64,000 nucleotides of DNA. Source: Acidobacteriota bacterium (lineage in GTDB: Bacteria > Acidobacteriota > UBA6911). Below, one piece after another: positions 10,923 to 21,271 of the stretch (its first letter is position 1; each line of letters opens with the position of its first letter). The notes under the pieces were generated by a model. The model worked only from the letters and a program-made list of their open reading frames with translations. It was not told where the DNA came from and did no database searches. The position numbers and the translations under genes were made by a program. The stretch covers positions 19,995 to 83,994 of the forward strand of contig JBEKIX010000004.1 in the NCBI GenBank assembly GCA_050011535.1, written 5' to 3'.

Positions 10923-12203
10923 ATGTTTCGTGTCATCGCCGCCGCGGTAGTCGTACTATTCTTCCTGACGAACATATACCGGATCGATGGCAGCACTCCA
11001 TCGCAGACAAACCCGGACCCACTCCAGAGAGCGCGGACGCTGCAAAGCCGCTTCCCTTTGATCGATGGGCACAATGACCTGCCCTGGGCGTTGCGCGAAA
11101 AGTTCGAACGGGACTTTTCCAGAATCGATCTCAGGAAGCCGCAGCCTCAACTCATGACCGACATCCCCCGTTTGCGCGAAGGGGGCGTGGGCGCGCAATT
11201 TTGGTCAGTCTATGTTCCGGTGGACATGCAGGGGAAAGAGGCGGTGCGCGTCACGATGGAAGAGATCGACACGGTCTACAGATTGGTCCGCGGCTATCCG
11301 GATGTGTTCGAGATGGCAACCACCGCCGATGACATCGAGCGCATCCATCGCTCCGGCAAAATCGCGTCGCTGATCGGCATGGAAGGAGGGCACTCCATTG
11401 ACAGTTCCCTCGCGACCCTGCGAATGTTTTACAGGCTCGGCGCCCGGTACATGACCCTGACCCACTCCTCCAACACTCCCTGGGCTGATTCGGCCACCGA
11501 TACTCCCAAAGTGAACGGCCTGTCGGCATTCGGCAAGGCAGTCGTTCGGGAAATGAACTGGCTCGGCATGCTCGTCGACCTTGCCCATGTGTCACCGGCC
11601 ACGATGAACGCCGCGCTGGATGCGAGCCGCGCGCCCGTGATTTTCTCGCACTCCTCGGCCAGGGCATTGTGCGACATCGCGCGCAACGTGCCTGATGAAG
11701 TGCTCCAACGGCTGCCCAGGAACGGCGGCGTGGTGATGGTCAGCTTTGTGCCGGGGTTCACATCCGAAGCCGTGCGTGTGTACGAACTGAAACGTGATCA
11801 GGAATCCAAGAGGCTTGCTGCCCTGAGGGGGAGTACCGAAAAGACCGTGCAGGATGGGCTCGCGAAATGGGACCGCGCAAATCCGGCCCCTCGCGCCACT
11901 CTGGCGCAGGTTGCCGACCATATTGACCACATCCGCAAGGCTGCGGGATTGGATCACGTCGGAATTGGATCCGACTTCGACGGGATCACCAGCACTGTGG
12001 CTGGGCTCGAAGACGTGTCGAAGTTTCCTGGTTTGACGGCGGAACTGATGCGACGCGGCTATGCCGATGCGGATATCGGCAAGATTCTGGGCGGCAACCT
12101 CCTTCGGGTCATGAGACAGGTGGAAGCAGTCGCGGCGCAAATGCAGAAGGAGGGTGGTCCGAGCGACGCGCGCATCGAAACTCTCGACAAACGCCAGGAA
12201 TAG
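10923..12203 (+). CDS. Membrane dipeptidase (peptidase family M19, renal-dipeptidase-like)
   Basis: N-terminal TM anchor. [13 protein letters not shown] motif near the N-terminus, and the HxD / ...[10 protein letters not shown]... metal-ligand region of M19 dipeptidases, are present. Confidence 0.85.
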   Translation: MFRVIAAAVVVLFFLTNIYRIDGSTPSQTNPDPLQRARTLQSRFPLIDGHNDLPWALREKFERDFSRIDLRKPQPQLMTDIPRLREGGVGAQFWSVYVPVDMQGKEAVRVTMEEIDTVYRLVRGYPDVFEMATTADDIERIHRSGKIASLIGMEGGHSIDSSLATLRMFYRLGARYMTLTHSSNTPWADSATDTPKVNGLSAFGKAVVREMNWLGMLVDLAHVSPATMNAALDASRAPVIFSHSSARALCDIARNVPDEVLQRLPRNGGVVMVSFVPGFTSEAVRVYELKRDQESKRLAALRGSTEKTVQDGLAKWDRANPAPRATLAQVADHIDHIRKAAGLDHVGIGSDFDGITSTVAGLEDVSKFPGLTAELMRRGYADADIGKILGGNLLRVMRQVEAVAAQMQKEGGPSDARIETLDKRQE

Positions 12204-12294
12204 GGGCAGGCCCTTAATCAAAAGGAAAAATGTGATTTCCCTCCGCTTGCATCCTGGAATCTTCACGTCTTGGCGGTTACCATAAATCGGTTGC

Positions 12295-13302
12295 ATGAAA
12301 GAAGAGTGTTGGAAGATGGGTTTCGTTTTTGGCCCCTTGCCCTCGCGCAGATTGGGGCAATCACTCGGAGTCGATCCGCTGCCGCTGAAGATCTGCAACT
12401 GGAACTGCATCTATTGCCAGCTGGGACGAACCGTCCCGCTGACAAACGAGCGGCGCGAATATTTTCCGCGAGAGGACATTCTCGCCGATGTGCGGGAGGC
12501 TCTGCGTGCGCATAAACCGGGCGCCATTGATTGGGTGACCATCGTCGGCTCGGGCGAGACCACTCTTCACGCCGGCATCGGCTGGCTGATTCGCGAGATC
12601 AAGGGGCTGACCGCAATTCCGGTGTCCGTGATTACGAACGGATCACTGCTGTATCTTCCCGATGTACGGGAAGAGCTCAGGGCTGCCGATGCCGTGCTGT
12701 CCTCGCTCGCCGCCGGCAACGCGCGCCTCTACCGCCGAATCAACCGTCCGGCGGCGGGACTGGGATTCGAGCTGCTGGTGGAAGGATTGGTCACCTTTCG
12801 CCGGGAGTATCACGGCAAGCTCTGGATCGAAGTGATGCTCATGAAGGGTATCAACGACGGCGAGGGAGAGCTGAAAGAAATCGCAGCCCTGCTCGAACAC
12901 ATCGAACCGGATCAAGTCCACATCGCGATTCCCAGCCGCCCGCCGGCGGAGCCTGATGTTCAGCGGCCGGACGACGGAGGCCTCGTGCGGGCAACCGCTA
13001 TCCTAGGCGTCCGATCCCAGGTGATCCAGTCTTCCGGAGGCACATTCGACCTCTCGGGATACCAGAGTGTGGCAGAAGCCGTATTGGCCATAATTGGGCG
13101 CCATCCGATGGGTGAAGAAGAACTGCGGCGCACACTCGAGCGCTGGACTCCGGGCCAAGTGGAAGAAGCTCTGAAGGAGCTTGCCGCCACAGGTCAGGCT
13201 CAGGTCGTCGAGCGCTATGGCGAACGCTTCTGGAGCGCGGCAGCCTGTCATTATCCTGTGCTCAACTCCACGGGATGCTGCGGAGGCGGGGATCGGAATT
13301 AA
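12295..13302 (+). CDS. Radical SAM domain protein (CX3CX2C: CNWNCIYC), unknown function
   Basis: The N-terminus GPLPSRRLGQSLGVDPLPLKICNWNCIYCQLG is characteristic of a widespread small radical-SAM family. It does not look like the PflA-like AmmeMemoRadiSam enzyme. Confidence 0.7.
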   Translation: MKEECWKMGFVFGPLPSRRLGQSLGVDPLPLKICNWNCIYCQLGRTVPLTNERREYFPREDILADVREALRAHKPGAIDWVTIVGSGETTLHAGIGWLIREIKGLTAIPVSVITNGSLLYLPDVREELRAADAVLSSLAAGNARLYRRINRPAAGLGFELLVEGLVTFRREYHGKLWIEVMLMKGINDGEGELKEIAALLEHIEPDQVHIAIPSRPPAEPDVQRPDDGGLVRATAILGVRSQVIQSSGGTFDLSGYQSVAEAVLAIIGRHPMGEEELRRTLERWTPGQVEEALKELAATGQAQVVERYGERFWSAAACHYPVLNSTGCCGGGDRN

Positions 13303-13342
13303 CCGCAACATTTTCGCTCCTCTTTGATTTTCAGGCTGCAAA

Positions 13343-14491
13343 TTGTCTCAGAATTCCCCCGAATCGCCGATAAGAGCATTGGGACTCTTATTTTTTAGTT
13401 GCGGAGCCGGCGACTATATGGGAAACGAGCTTATTGAGTTGGGCCTTTTCAAACGGCGCCCGGTGGATAGGGAGAGTTTCGTCGTCAGAATGGGGGCGTT
13501 ATCAGGACGGCTTTTCTCGCTGATGTCCGACATCGCGGTCGAAAGTGAAAGCCTGAAAACTTCGGAGTTCCGTTCGCAGCTTGAACGAACCCAGAATCAG
13601 CTTACGAAAGTCTCTGACGGCGACGTGATGGTAAGCGTTATACAAAAGGGCCTGGCGGTGTGTCAGGAGTTCTGCAGGAATTCCCGGGGGTACCTGCAGG
13701 AGCGAGAGGCCGAGATCCGGCAGGTCATCGACCTCCTGCGGGAGGCTCTCGGCACGCTTACCGGCGAAAGCGAAAACTTCAACCAGCGCCTCACTGAATC
13801 CACGACCCGTTTCATACGCTTAAACGAGATCGAGGATCTGCGCGAGCTCAAGAAGCAGATCGCCGACGAAGTCAATCAACTTGCGCGCGTCGTCGCGGAA
13901 AAAAAGCAGCAAGACGAAATCCTCTACGCGAGCATGACAAAGCGCTTCGTTCATCTCCAGGAAAAGTTCAAGCAGACCGAGCAGGAAGTTTTTATCGATG
14001 CGTTGACTCGCGTCGGCAATCGCAGAAGCACGGACCGAGCCATCAAACGCGCCATTATGGAAGCCGGCGGAAAACCGATAATCCTGGGCGTTCTGGATCT
14101 GGATGACTTCAAAAAGATCAATGACGCTCACGGCCACCAGGTCGGCGATCAGGCACTTATCGGCGTTGCGGAAACGATCGGCAAGGAAATCCGTTCGAGT
14201 GACTTTTTCGGCCGTTATGGCGGCGATGAGTTTGTGCTCGTCTTTACCAATACGACCATGCTCCAGGCGGAGATGCGCTTTCAGCAACTTCGCGCCAAGA
14301 TCGAAGCGTCAAGATTCGAGTTCATGGACGGTCAGATCAAGCGCAGTATAAACTGCACGGTCAGCTGCGGCCTGGCCGAGTCAATGCAGGGGGACTCAGC
14401 CGAAACTCTGGTGAGGCGGGCCGACAAGGCTCTCTATGTCGCCAAGAGTCGCGGCAGAAACTGCGTGGTCGCCTGGGGAAGATCCATGTAA
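13343..14491 (+). CDS. GGDEF-domain diguanylate cyclase with N-terminal coiled-coil region
   Basis: RYGGDEF active-site motif (FGRYGGDEFVLVF). The upstream DxLT and RxGNR (GNRRS) elements are present. No obvious sensory domain. The true start may be the internal ATG at ~13418. Confidence 0.8.
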   Translation: MSQNSPESPIRALGLLFFSCGAGDYMGNELIELGLFKRRPVDRESFVVRMGALSGRLFSLMSDIAVESESLKTSEFRSQLERTQNQLTKVSDGDVMVSVIQKGLAVCQEFCRNSRGYLQEREAEIRQVIDLLREALGTLTGESENFNQRLTESTTRFIRLNEIEDLRELKKQIADEVNQLARVVAEKKQQDEILYASMTKRFVHLQEKFKQTEQEVFIDALTRVGNRRSTDRAIKRAIMEAGGKPIILGVLDLDDFKKINDAHGHQVGDQALIGVAETIGKEIRSSDFFGRYGGDEFVLVFTNTTMLQAEMRFQQLRAKIEASRFEFMDGQIKRSINCTVSCGLAESMQGDSAETLVRRADKALYVAKSRGRNCVVAWGRSM

Positions 14492-14676
14492 ATCCTGAGA
14501 GTGCTCTCCAGAAATCTTCACTACCCCCTGTCTTGCACAAGTGTTTTCAATCGCCCGACGTTGCGGGCATTTTGAGCGCTACCAGCTTCACATCACGAAG
14601 AATTCCAGACGCCATGGGAAGACGCCGGCAGCGCGGCGTTGCGTTTTGATGTCAAAGCCTATATAAAATCGATCCC

Positions 14677-17064
14677 ATGAGCCGCAAGAAAGGCAAGCAG
14701 GTTGAATCCGGACGCCGCGTGGCAGGGAAGCATGCAGAAGAGGAGATGCCGAATGTCCGGGTAGCTACCGATAGCCCGGGCCACGGTTGGAGTGCATGTC
14801 TTCTGCTGCTCCTGCTCGTAGCTGCAACGTTGGCAGCCTATTATCCAGCCTGGCACGGCGGCATCCTCTGGGACGACGACCGCCACATCACCCGCAGCGA
14901 TTTGCGCTCGGCCGAGGGATTGTGGCGCATTTGGTTCGATCCGGGCGCCACTCAGCAATACTACCCACTGATGCACTCGGCCTTCTGGGTTGAGCATAAG
15001 CTCTGGGCGGACGACACCCTGGGCTACCATCTGGTCAACATCATTGTGCATGCTCTCATGGCATTTCTGGTCGCAGTGATTCTGCGGCGATTGGCTGTGC
15101 CAGGAGCCATCCTAGCGGCCCTCATCTTCGCCCTCCATCCGATACAAGTGGAGTCGGTCGCATGGATCTCCGAGTTGAAGAACACGCTTTCCGGCGTCTT
15201 TTATTTCGGGGCGGCTCTGACCTATTTGCGCTTCGACGAGAGCCGGCTGAAACGACATTATGCGCTGGCGCTGGCTCTTTTCGTTCTGGCGCTGCTGAGC
15301 AAGACGGTCACGGCAACCCTGCCCGCTGCGCTACTGGTCGTGTTCTGGTGGCGGCGTGGGAAGCTCAGTTGGCGCCGTGACGCCTTGCCGCTCGTGCCAT
15401 GGTTCGTGCTGGGTGGTGCCGCAGGATTGGTTACCGCCTGGATCGAACGGTCCATGGTCGGCGCCCAGGGCTCAGAGTATCAGTTTACGCTGATCGAACG
15501 ATGTCTGATCGCGGGTCGCGTGATCTGGTTCTATATTGGCAAACTGTTCTGGCCGGCCAACCTGATGTTCAATTATCCCCGATGGCAAGTGAGCCAGCGC
15601 GTGTTATGGCAGTACCTCTACCCGCTTGCCCTGGTCGCCTTGCTGGGGGCGCTCTGGCTTTTGCGGAAGCGTTCCCGCGCTCCCTTGGCGGCACTGTTGT
15701 TTTTCTGCGGCTCGCTTTTTCCGGTCATGGGATTTTTCAATGTCTACCCGTTCCGTTACTCCTTTGTGGCGGACCATTTCCAGTACATCGCGAGCATAGG
15801 CATTATCGCACTGGTTGCCGCGAGCCTGATGAATCTCGTGGCACGGTTCCATTTCCAGCCCAGAATGGCAACTGTATGCACGATGCTGCTCCTCGGGGGT
15901 GCTCTGGCTGTGCCAACCTGGAGTCAAAGCCGGCAGTATGTTGATGGGATAACGCTCTATCGCGGCATTCTCAGCCGCAATCCTGCGAGTTGGATGGCTC
16001 GCAACAACCTGGGCAACGTTTTGCAGACATTGGGCCGGTTCGACGACGCGGTCGCACAATACAACGAAACCTTGCGGCTCAAGCCGGATTTCGCGGACGC
16101 CTATAACAACCTTGGCGACGCCTTACAAAAGCAGGGCCGTCTTGCAGAAGCCGCGACAGCCTATCAGGAGGCATTGCGACTGGATCCAGCTTTGGCGGGC
16201 GCTCATTACAACCTGGGAAATACTCTGCGAGATCTGGGACGGCTCGAAGAAGCGGTGTCGCAATTCAATGCGGCAATTATGGAAGAGCCGGGCCTCGCCG
16301 AAGCACATTGCAACCTAGGAGTCGCATTGGACGCACTGGGCCGCGGGAATGAGGCCGTGGCGGAATTCAAGGACGCGGCGAGACTCAGGCCCGATTACAT
16401 CACTGCTTATATCAATCTCGGCAACACCTTGTTGCATCTTGGACGATTCGAGGAGGCGATCACCCAATACGGGGAAGTACTCCGGCTCAAACCAGAATCT
16501 GCAGACGCCCGCAACTTGCTGGGTAACGCTTACCAGCAGATGGGCCGCTTCGAGGAGGCGGAAAAGCAACTCAAGGAGGCCTTGCGTCTGAAACCCGATT
16601 TCCCCGGGGCGTACAACAATCTGGGCAACGTCTTTCTCGGAATGGGCCGGTTTGCGGACGCGATTGCTCAATACAAGGAAGCCTTGCGGCTCGAGCCGGA
16701 CTTTGCCGCAGCTTATTTCAACATGGGAAACGCTTTCCAATCGATGGGTCGGTGGGAGGACGCATCGGCACAGTACAAAACGGCCATCCGGCTCAAACCT
16801 GACTTTGCCGCGGCTCACTTCAATTTGGGCCAGCTTTTACAGCGATTGGGCAGGCTCCAGGATTCCGTAGATCAGTACGCCGAGGTGATCAAATCGATGC
16901 CGGCATCGGCTGATGTCCACAATAATTGGGGTGTCGCTCTGGCGGGATTGGGCCGATATGAGGAAGCCGCCACGCATTTCAAGGAAGCTTTGCGGATAAG
17001 GCCCGACTACGCCGATGCCCGCGCCAACCTGGATCGGGTTCTCAAACTGTTGCTCCGAAAATAA
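14677..17064 (+). CDS. TMTC-like protein: N-terminal multi-TM (GT-C / DUF1736-like) domain plus about 11 TPR repeats
   Basis: About 400 aa of hydrophobic helices are followed by canonical 34-aa TPRs (AxxNLGNxLxxxGRxxEAxxxYxxALRLxPD repeated many times). Confidence 0.75.
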   Translation: MSRKKGKQVESGRRVAGKHAEEEMPNVRVATDSPGHGWSACLLLLLLVAATLAAYYPAWHGGILWDDDRHITRSDLRSAEGLWRIWFDPGATQQYYPLMHSAFWVEHKLWADDTLGYHLVNIIVHALMAFLVAVILRRLAVPGAILAALIFALHPIQVESVAWISELKNTLSGVFYFGAALTYLRFDESRLKRHYALALALFVLALLSKTVTATLPAALLVVFWWRRGKLSWRRDALPLVPWFVLGGAAGLVTAWIERSMVGAQGSEYQFTLIERCLIAGRVIWFYIGKLFWPANLMFNYPRWQVSQRVLWQYLYPLALVALLGALWLLRKRSRAPLAALLFFCGSLFPVMGFFNVYPFRYSFVADHFQYIASIGIIALVAASLMNLVARFHFQPRMATVCTMLLLGGALAVPTWSQSRQYVDGITLYRGILSRNPASWMARNNLGNVLQTLGRFDDAVAQYNETLRLKPDFADAYNNLGDALQKQGRLAEAATAYQEALRLDPALAGAHYNLGNTLRDLGRLEEAVSQFNAAIMEEPGLAEAHCNLGVALDALGRGNEAVAEFKDAARLRPDYITAYINLGNTLLHLGRFEEAITQYGEVLRLKPESADARNLLGNAYQQMGRFEEAEKQLKEALRLKPDFPGAYNNLGNVFLGMGRFADAIAQYKEALRLEPDFAAAYFNMGNAFQSMGRWEDASAQYKTAIRLKPDFAAAHFNLGQLLQRLGRLQDSVDQYAEVIKSMPASADVHNNWGVALAGLGRYEEAATHFKEALRIRPDYADARANLDRVLKLLLRK

Positions 17065-17255
17065 CTGCATCCACAAACGTCGCGGTCGTAATCATAGTCG
17101 TGATCGGTAATGCACGGATATCAGAGAAAACCGATCACAACTACGAGTCATGACAGAATGGGCACGGCGGCAAACTGCCATTTTCATGCGTTGCAGGGCT
17201 TGCCGTGCGCGTCTTTTTCGTAAGGTCTGCGTATTGAGTGTGTGATAATCCACAC

Positions 17256-17687
17256 ATGAAAATTGCATTGGGCTCAGATCATGCCGGGTATTCTTACAAA
17301 GAAAAGATCCGTGAATTCCTCACGGCAGAGGGGCATGAAGTGCGGGATTTCGGCACATCTTCCGAGGAACCGGTGGATTATCCGCTCTTTATCCGGCCCG
17401 CGGCCGAGGCGGTCGCCCGCGGAGAGTGCGACCGCGGTGTGGTGCTCGGCGGCTCCGGCAACGGTGAGGCAATCGTCGCCAACCGTGTTCGCGGAATCCG
17501 CTGTGCCGTCTGTTGGAACGAGCAGAGTGCAGAACTGGCGCGCAGGCACAACGACGCCAACATGATCTCACTCGGCCAACGGATGATGCCGCTCGAAACG
17601 GCGCTGGAGATCGTGCGCGTCTGGCTGAGAACGCCTTTCGAGGGCGGACGCCACCTAAGGAGAATCCAGCTGATCGATCGCCCCTAA
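17256..17687 (+). CDS. rpiB: Ribose-5-phosphate isomerase B (RpiB/LacAB family)
   Basis: MKIALGSDHAGYSYKEKIREFL...GTSSEEPVDYP...GGSGNGEAIVANR is the RpiB signature. Start chosen at the internal ATG of the ORF. Confidence 0.85.
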   Translation: MKIALGSDHAGYSYKEKIREFLTAEGHEVRDFGTSSEEPVDYPLFIRPAAEAVARGECDRGVVLGGSGNGEAIVANRVRGIRCAVCWNEQSAELARRHNDANMISLGQRMMPLETALEIVRVWLRTPFEGGRHLRRIQLIDRP

Positions 17688-17705
17688 GTCACGGAGTAGC
17701 AGGCC

Positions 17706-20147
17706 CTAACGGTAGAAGATCGGGAAACGCCGCGGGTCCGTTTCGTGCATCAGATCGTAGACCGCTTCGAATATTTGCTCACGCTGGGGTTTCGAAAAAT
17801 AATCGCCGTCGGAGCCGTAAGCAGGACGATGCTCCCGTGCCGGCAGAGTGCGAGGGGCGGCATCGAGCCATTCATAGCCGCTGTTGGTTTCGATCGTCTG
17901 TTGCATCATGTAAGCGGTGGCACCGCCGGGAAAATCCTCGTCCACGAAAAGGACGCGGCTGGTCTTCTTGAGCGATTCCACGATCACGCCGCGCACATCA
18001 AAGGGAATCAGGGTGCGGATATCGATCAGCTCGGCTTCGATGCCGACATTGCGCAAGAGATTGGCGGCTTCTTCGGCGATGGCACAACAGGCGCCATAGG
18101 TGACCACGGTGACATCCTTGCCGGTTCGGATCACCTCCGGCACTCCGAACGGGATGGTAAACTCGCCGATGTTTTCCGGCTTTGGCGCCTTCCTTCGATA
18201 AGCATTCAGCACCTCGACCATGAGCGCCGTGTCATCCGAACGGAGGATCGTGTTGTACAGGCCGGCTGCCTGAGTCGAGTCGCGCGGTACGCAGATGTAA
18301 ATGCCGCGCAGCAAATCGATCAGCCCTGCCATTTGCGATCCGGAATGCCATATTCCTTCCAGGCGATGTCCCCGTGTGCGCACGATAACCGGAGCTTTCT
18401 GACCTCCGCGCGTGCGCCAGCGCAATGAAGCGAGATCATCAGACATGATCTGCAAGGCGTACAGCGCATAGTCCAGGTATTGAATTTCCGCGATCGGGCG
18501 CAGGCCTCGAAGTGCCATCCCGATCGCCTGGCCCAGGATTGTAGCCTCGCGAATCCCCGTGTCCGTGATGCGCAGCGGGCCGTACTTCTGCTGTAGACGC
18601 GCAAACCCTTGGTTCACATCGCCCAACTGGCCGACGTCTTCCCCCATGGCCACGAGTTGCGGATATCGGGTAAATGCGGCGTCGAAGCAGGCGTTCAGGA
18701 TCTCAAAGCCGTACTGGAGGGGCGCGTTTTCCGCATAGACTGGGCGTACCTCGGGCACTCTGAGTGCGGATTCCGCGGTCTCACTGTACAGATCCGATCC
18801 GTAGCGTATCCGATTTTCCTCCATGCGGGCCGCTTTCCAGTCGACCAGGCTCTGTCTTACCGGTGCATCGTCCAGCCGGATGGAGAGCAGGACTTCCTCG
18901 GCCGCTGCCATAAGATCGCGCCGCAGTACATCCTGTTTTGCGGCCAGCGCTTCTGCAACGCTCGCCGCCTCAACTCCTCGAGCCGAGTCCCGCGCCAGGT
19001 CGAGAAAAAGGGTCACCAGGTGATCCCGCTCTGCATCAATCGGCTGGCGAAAGGCCGCCCATGCCCGATCTCTTGCCGCAAGCACGTGTGCCTTTTCTTC
19101 CTCCTCGATTTTTCCTAGTTCATGCTTCGATGCTACTCCCTCCGCGATGAGCCAATCTCTCATCCTGGGAATACAGTCGAATCTCTTTTCCCAATCCAGA
19201 CGCTCCGTCGACTTGTAGCGCTGTTGGCTGCCGGAGGTCGAATGGCCGAGGGGTTGTGTCAGTTCTGTTACGTGAATGATCACGGGCACATGATTGCGGC
19301 GCGCCGATTCTGCGCCTGCCATGTACGTTTCGCACAACTTCGGATAGTTCCATCCGGCGACGGAATAAATGTCGATTCCCGATTTATCGCCGGGACGCCG
19401 CTGGAAGCCCTCCAGGATGCGAAAAATATCGCCCTTGGTCATTTGAAACTGATTGGGAACCGAGATTCCATAGCCGTCGTCCCAGATCGACAGCAGCATC
19501 GGCACCTGGAGCACTCCCGCGGCATTGATCGCTTCCCAGAATATGCCCTCGGCGCAGCTCGCGTTGCCGATAGTACCGAAAGCGATCTCGTCGCCGCCAT
19601 CCGAGAATCCGGCGGCCGCCAGCCCGCGCAGTTCTCCCAGCCGCCGATAGAGAACCGACGCGTACGCCAGTCCCAGAAGTCGCGGCATTTGGGCTCCCGT
19701 CGGCGAGACATCAGCCGAAGAGTTGTTCAAGGACATGAGATCTTTCCAGCGTCCGTCTGGGTGCAGCAGCCTGGTCGCAAAATGTCCCGTCATGGAGCGG
19801 CCGCCGCATGCGGGCTCATGATCAAGGTCCGTATCGGCGTAGAGCTGGGCGAAGTACTCCTCCACGCTCAACATGCCCAGGGCGAACATCATCGTCTGAT
19901 CCCGGTAATATCCGGCACGGAAGTCGCCGTTGCGAAAAGCATGAGCCATGGCCATCTGGGGAACTTCCTTGCCGGCGCCGAAAATGCCGAATTTCGCCTT
20001 TCCGGACAACACCTCTCTATGACCCACGATGCTGGCCTGGCGGCTTCGAGTAGCCATGCGGTAATCGTGGAGAGCAACTTCCCTGGTGGATTGCAGAGAG
20101 TTTTCATTCGATGACATTTCGTATGCGCCTGCCACGAAAGGCTTCAT
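17706..20147 (-). CDS. 2-oxoacid dehydrogenase E1 component, fused alpha (TPP-binding) and beta (transketolase-like) subunits
   Basis: 813 aa. The N-terminal half has the E1-alpha TPP motif region (GDG..NEG). The C-terminal half has E1-beta / transketolase pyrimidine-binding and C-terminal domains. No E2 or E3 gene is adjacent. Confidence 0.8.
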   Translation of the reverse strand: MKPFVAGAYEMSSNENSLQSTREVALHDYRMATRSRQASIVGHREVLSGKAKFGIFGAGKEVPQMAMAHAFRNGDFRAGYYRDQTMMFALGMLSVEEYFAQLYADTDLDHEPACGGRSMTGHFATRLLHPDGRWKDLMSLNNSSADVSPTGAQMPRLLGLAYASVLYRRLGELRGLAAAGFSDGGDEIAFGTIGNASCAEGIFWEAINAAGVLQVPMLLSIWDDGYGISVPNQFQMTKGDIFRILEGFQRRPGDKSGIDIYSVAGWNYPKLCETYMAGAESARRNHVPVIIHVTELTQPLGHSTSGSQQRYKSTERLDWEKRFDCIPRMRDWLIAEGVASKHELGKIEEEEKAHVLAARDRAWAAFRQPIDAERDHLVTLFLDLARDSARGVEAASVAEALAAKQDVLRRDLMAAAEEVLLSIRLDDAPVRQSLVDWKAARMEENRIRYGSDLYSETAESALRVPEVRPVYAENAPLQYGFEILNACFDAAFTRYPQLVAMGEDVGQLGDVNQGFARLQQKYGPLRITDTGIREATILGQAIGMALRGLRPIAEIQYLDYALYALQIMSDDLASLRWRTRGGQKAPVIVRTRGHRLEGIWHSGSQMAGLIDLLRGIYICVPRDSTQAAGLYNTILRSDDTALMVEVLNAYRRKAPKPENIGEFTIPFGVPEVIRTGKDVTVVTYGACCAIAEEAANLLRNVGIEAELIDIRTLIPFDVRGVIVESLKKTSRVLFVDEDFPGGATAYMMQQTIETNSGYEWLDAAPRTLPAREHRPAYGSDGDYFSKPQREQIFEAVYDLMHETDPRRFPIFYR

Positions 20148-20463
20148 TGATAAAAGCTAACATAATCCTTGAGGTACGCGAAGTGGTTCGGCGGAGAAAT
20201 GGCAGGCTCGAAAAGCATTTTGGTGAACAATGCCGCCACGTGTTTTTTGCGGCGTGCCACAATCCAGCCTGCCGGGGATTCAGGGTATTTGAAGAGGGCA
20301 CGAAAACTTGGCCTCATAATCTTCGGCAGGCCGGTTCGTTGAGGCGCCGTGCCGGGGAGTGGCTGTTTGCCGCATCTTACATGAGTCGGGAGTCGCCTGA
20401 TCCGAACCAGAGAGAGCGAAACTTTCCTTCATCCGCGGATGGCGGCCTGTCCATGGCTGACTA

Positions 20464-21123
20464 TTACTTCAAGAGCCGCTCGAGGCGTCCTTTCAAAAGT
20501 GCATAGGCAACCCCGCCGTTGACGCGTTCCGGAGGGCGGGACTCTGTGATGATAAAAAACGTCGGGGTTACGGTGACATTGTGGCTCTCGCCCAACAGGA
20601 CTTCAAGCCGCACCGCCTGCTCGATGGACGGATCGGTAGCCAGCTTTTGCACCCGCGTTAATTCGGTCGGATCCAAAACCCTCGCGACTACGGCGTCGAT
20701 ATTGCCGTCTTGCGACCACTGTGCTTGTTCCTGGTAAAGCGCGTCGAAGACCCTCAGCCAGGTCTCTCGTCCTAGCCGCTCAGCGGCCTGTGCATAAGAG
20801 GCCGCCTTACGGGAGTACTGATGCATTTCCAGGGGAAAATCATGGTACACGACGTAGATCTTGTCGAGCCTCTTCTCTTTGGTAAAGTCGGCAATCAGAG
20901 GCTTCATCGTTTCCAAGTAAAACGTCCGGCACACTGGACACTGAAAATCGGAGTACACTTCGATCTTGAGCGGTGCGTTGGGCTGGCCGCCCAGCCAGAG
21001 ATCCGGCTGCTTATCCGCACCGCCCTGTCCACTTGCCGAAAGCACTGCAGCTGCCAGGACCCATGCAGCCGCAGCCAAGATCCGTTTCCCGCTTTGCATC
21101 ATTTGTTTCGGTGTTCGACCCAT
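20464..21123 (-). CDS. DsbA-family thioredoxin-fold thiol:disulfide oxidoreductase (secreted)
   Basis: Signal peptide. CPVC active-site motif (DFQCPVCRTF) in a thioredoxin-like context. Confidence 0.7.
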   Translation of the reverse strand: MGRTPKQMMQSGKRILAAAAWVLAAAVLSASGQGGADKQPDLWLGGQPNAPLKIEVYSDFQCPVCRTFYLETMKPLIADFTKEKRLDKIYVVYHDFPLEMHQYSRKAASYAQAAERLGRETWLRVFDALYQEQAQWSQDGNIDAVVARVLDPTELTRVQKLATDPSIEQAVRLEVLLGESHNVTVTPTFFIITESRPPERVNGGVAYALLKGRLERLLK

Positions 21124-21271
21124 TCTGACCTCGGCTCCATATGGTTGATGGGCCCAGTATACCCTGCCTGCTCATTCCCTTGAAGCGCAAAAAGGTATGA
21201 AGAGAACGGAAGGAGTTGGGGTGAGGGGATACCCAGGACGGGCACCCCTCTTGATCAATCGGAGGGCCACC

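Noticed and set aside
12295-13302. Assigning the 335-aa radical SAM as the AmmeMemoRadiSam radical SAM enzyme
   Set aside because: Its N-terminal GPLPSRRLG...CNWNCIYC signature differs from the PflA-like motif (C-x-F-R-C-x-F-C-Q-N context) of TIGR04337. It is also 27-49 kb away from the A and B genes.
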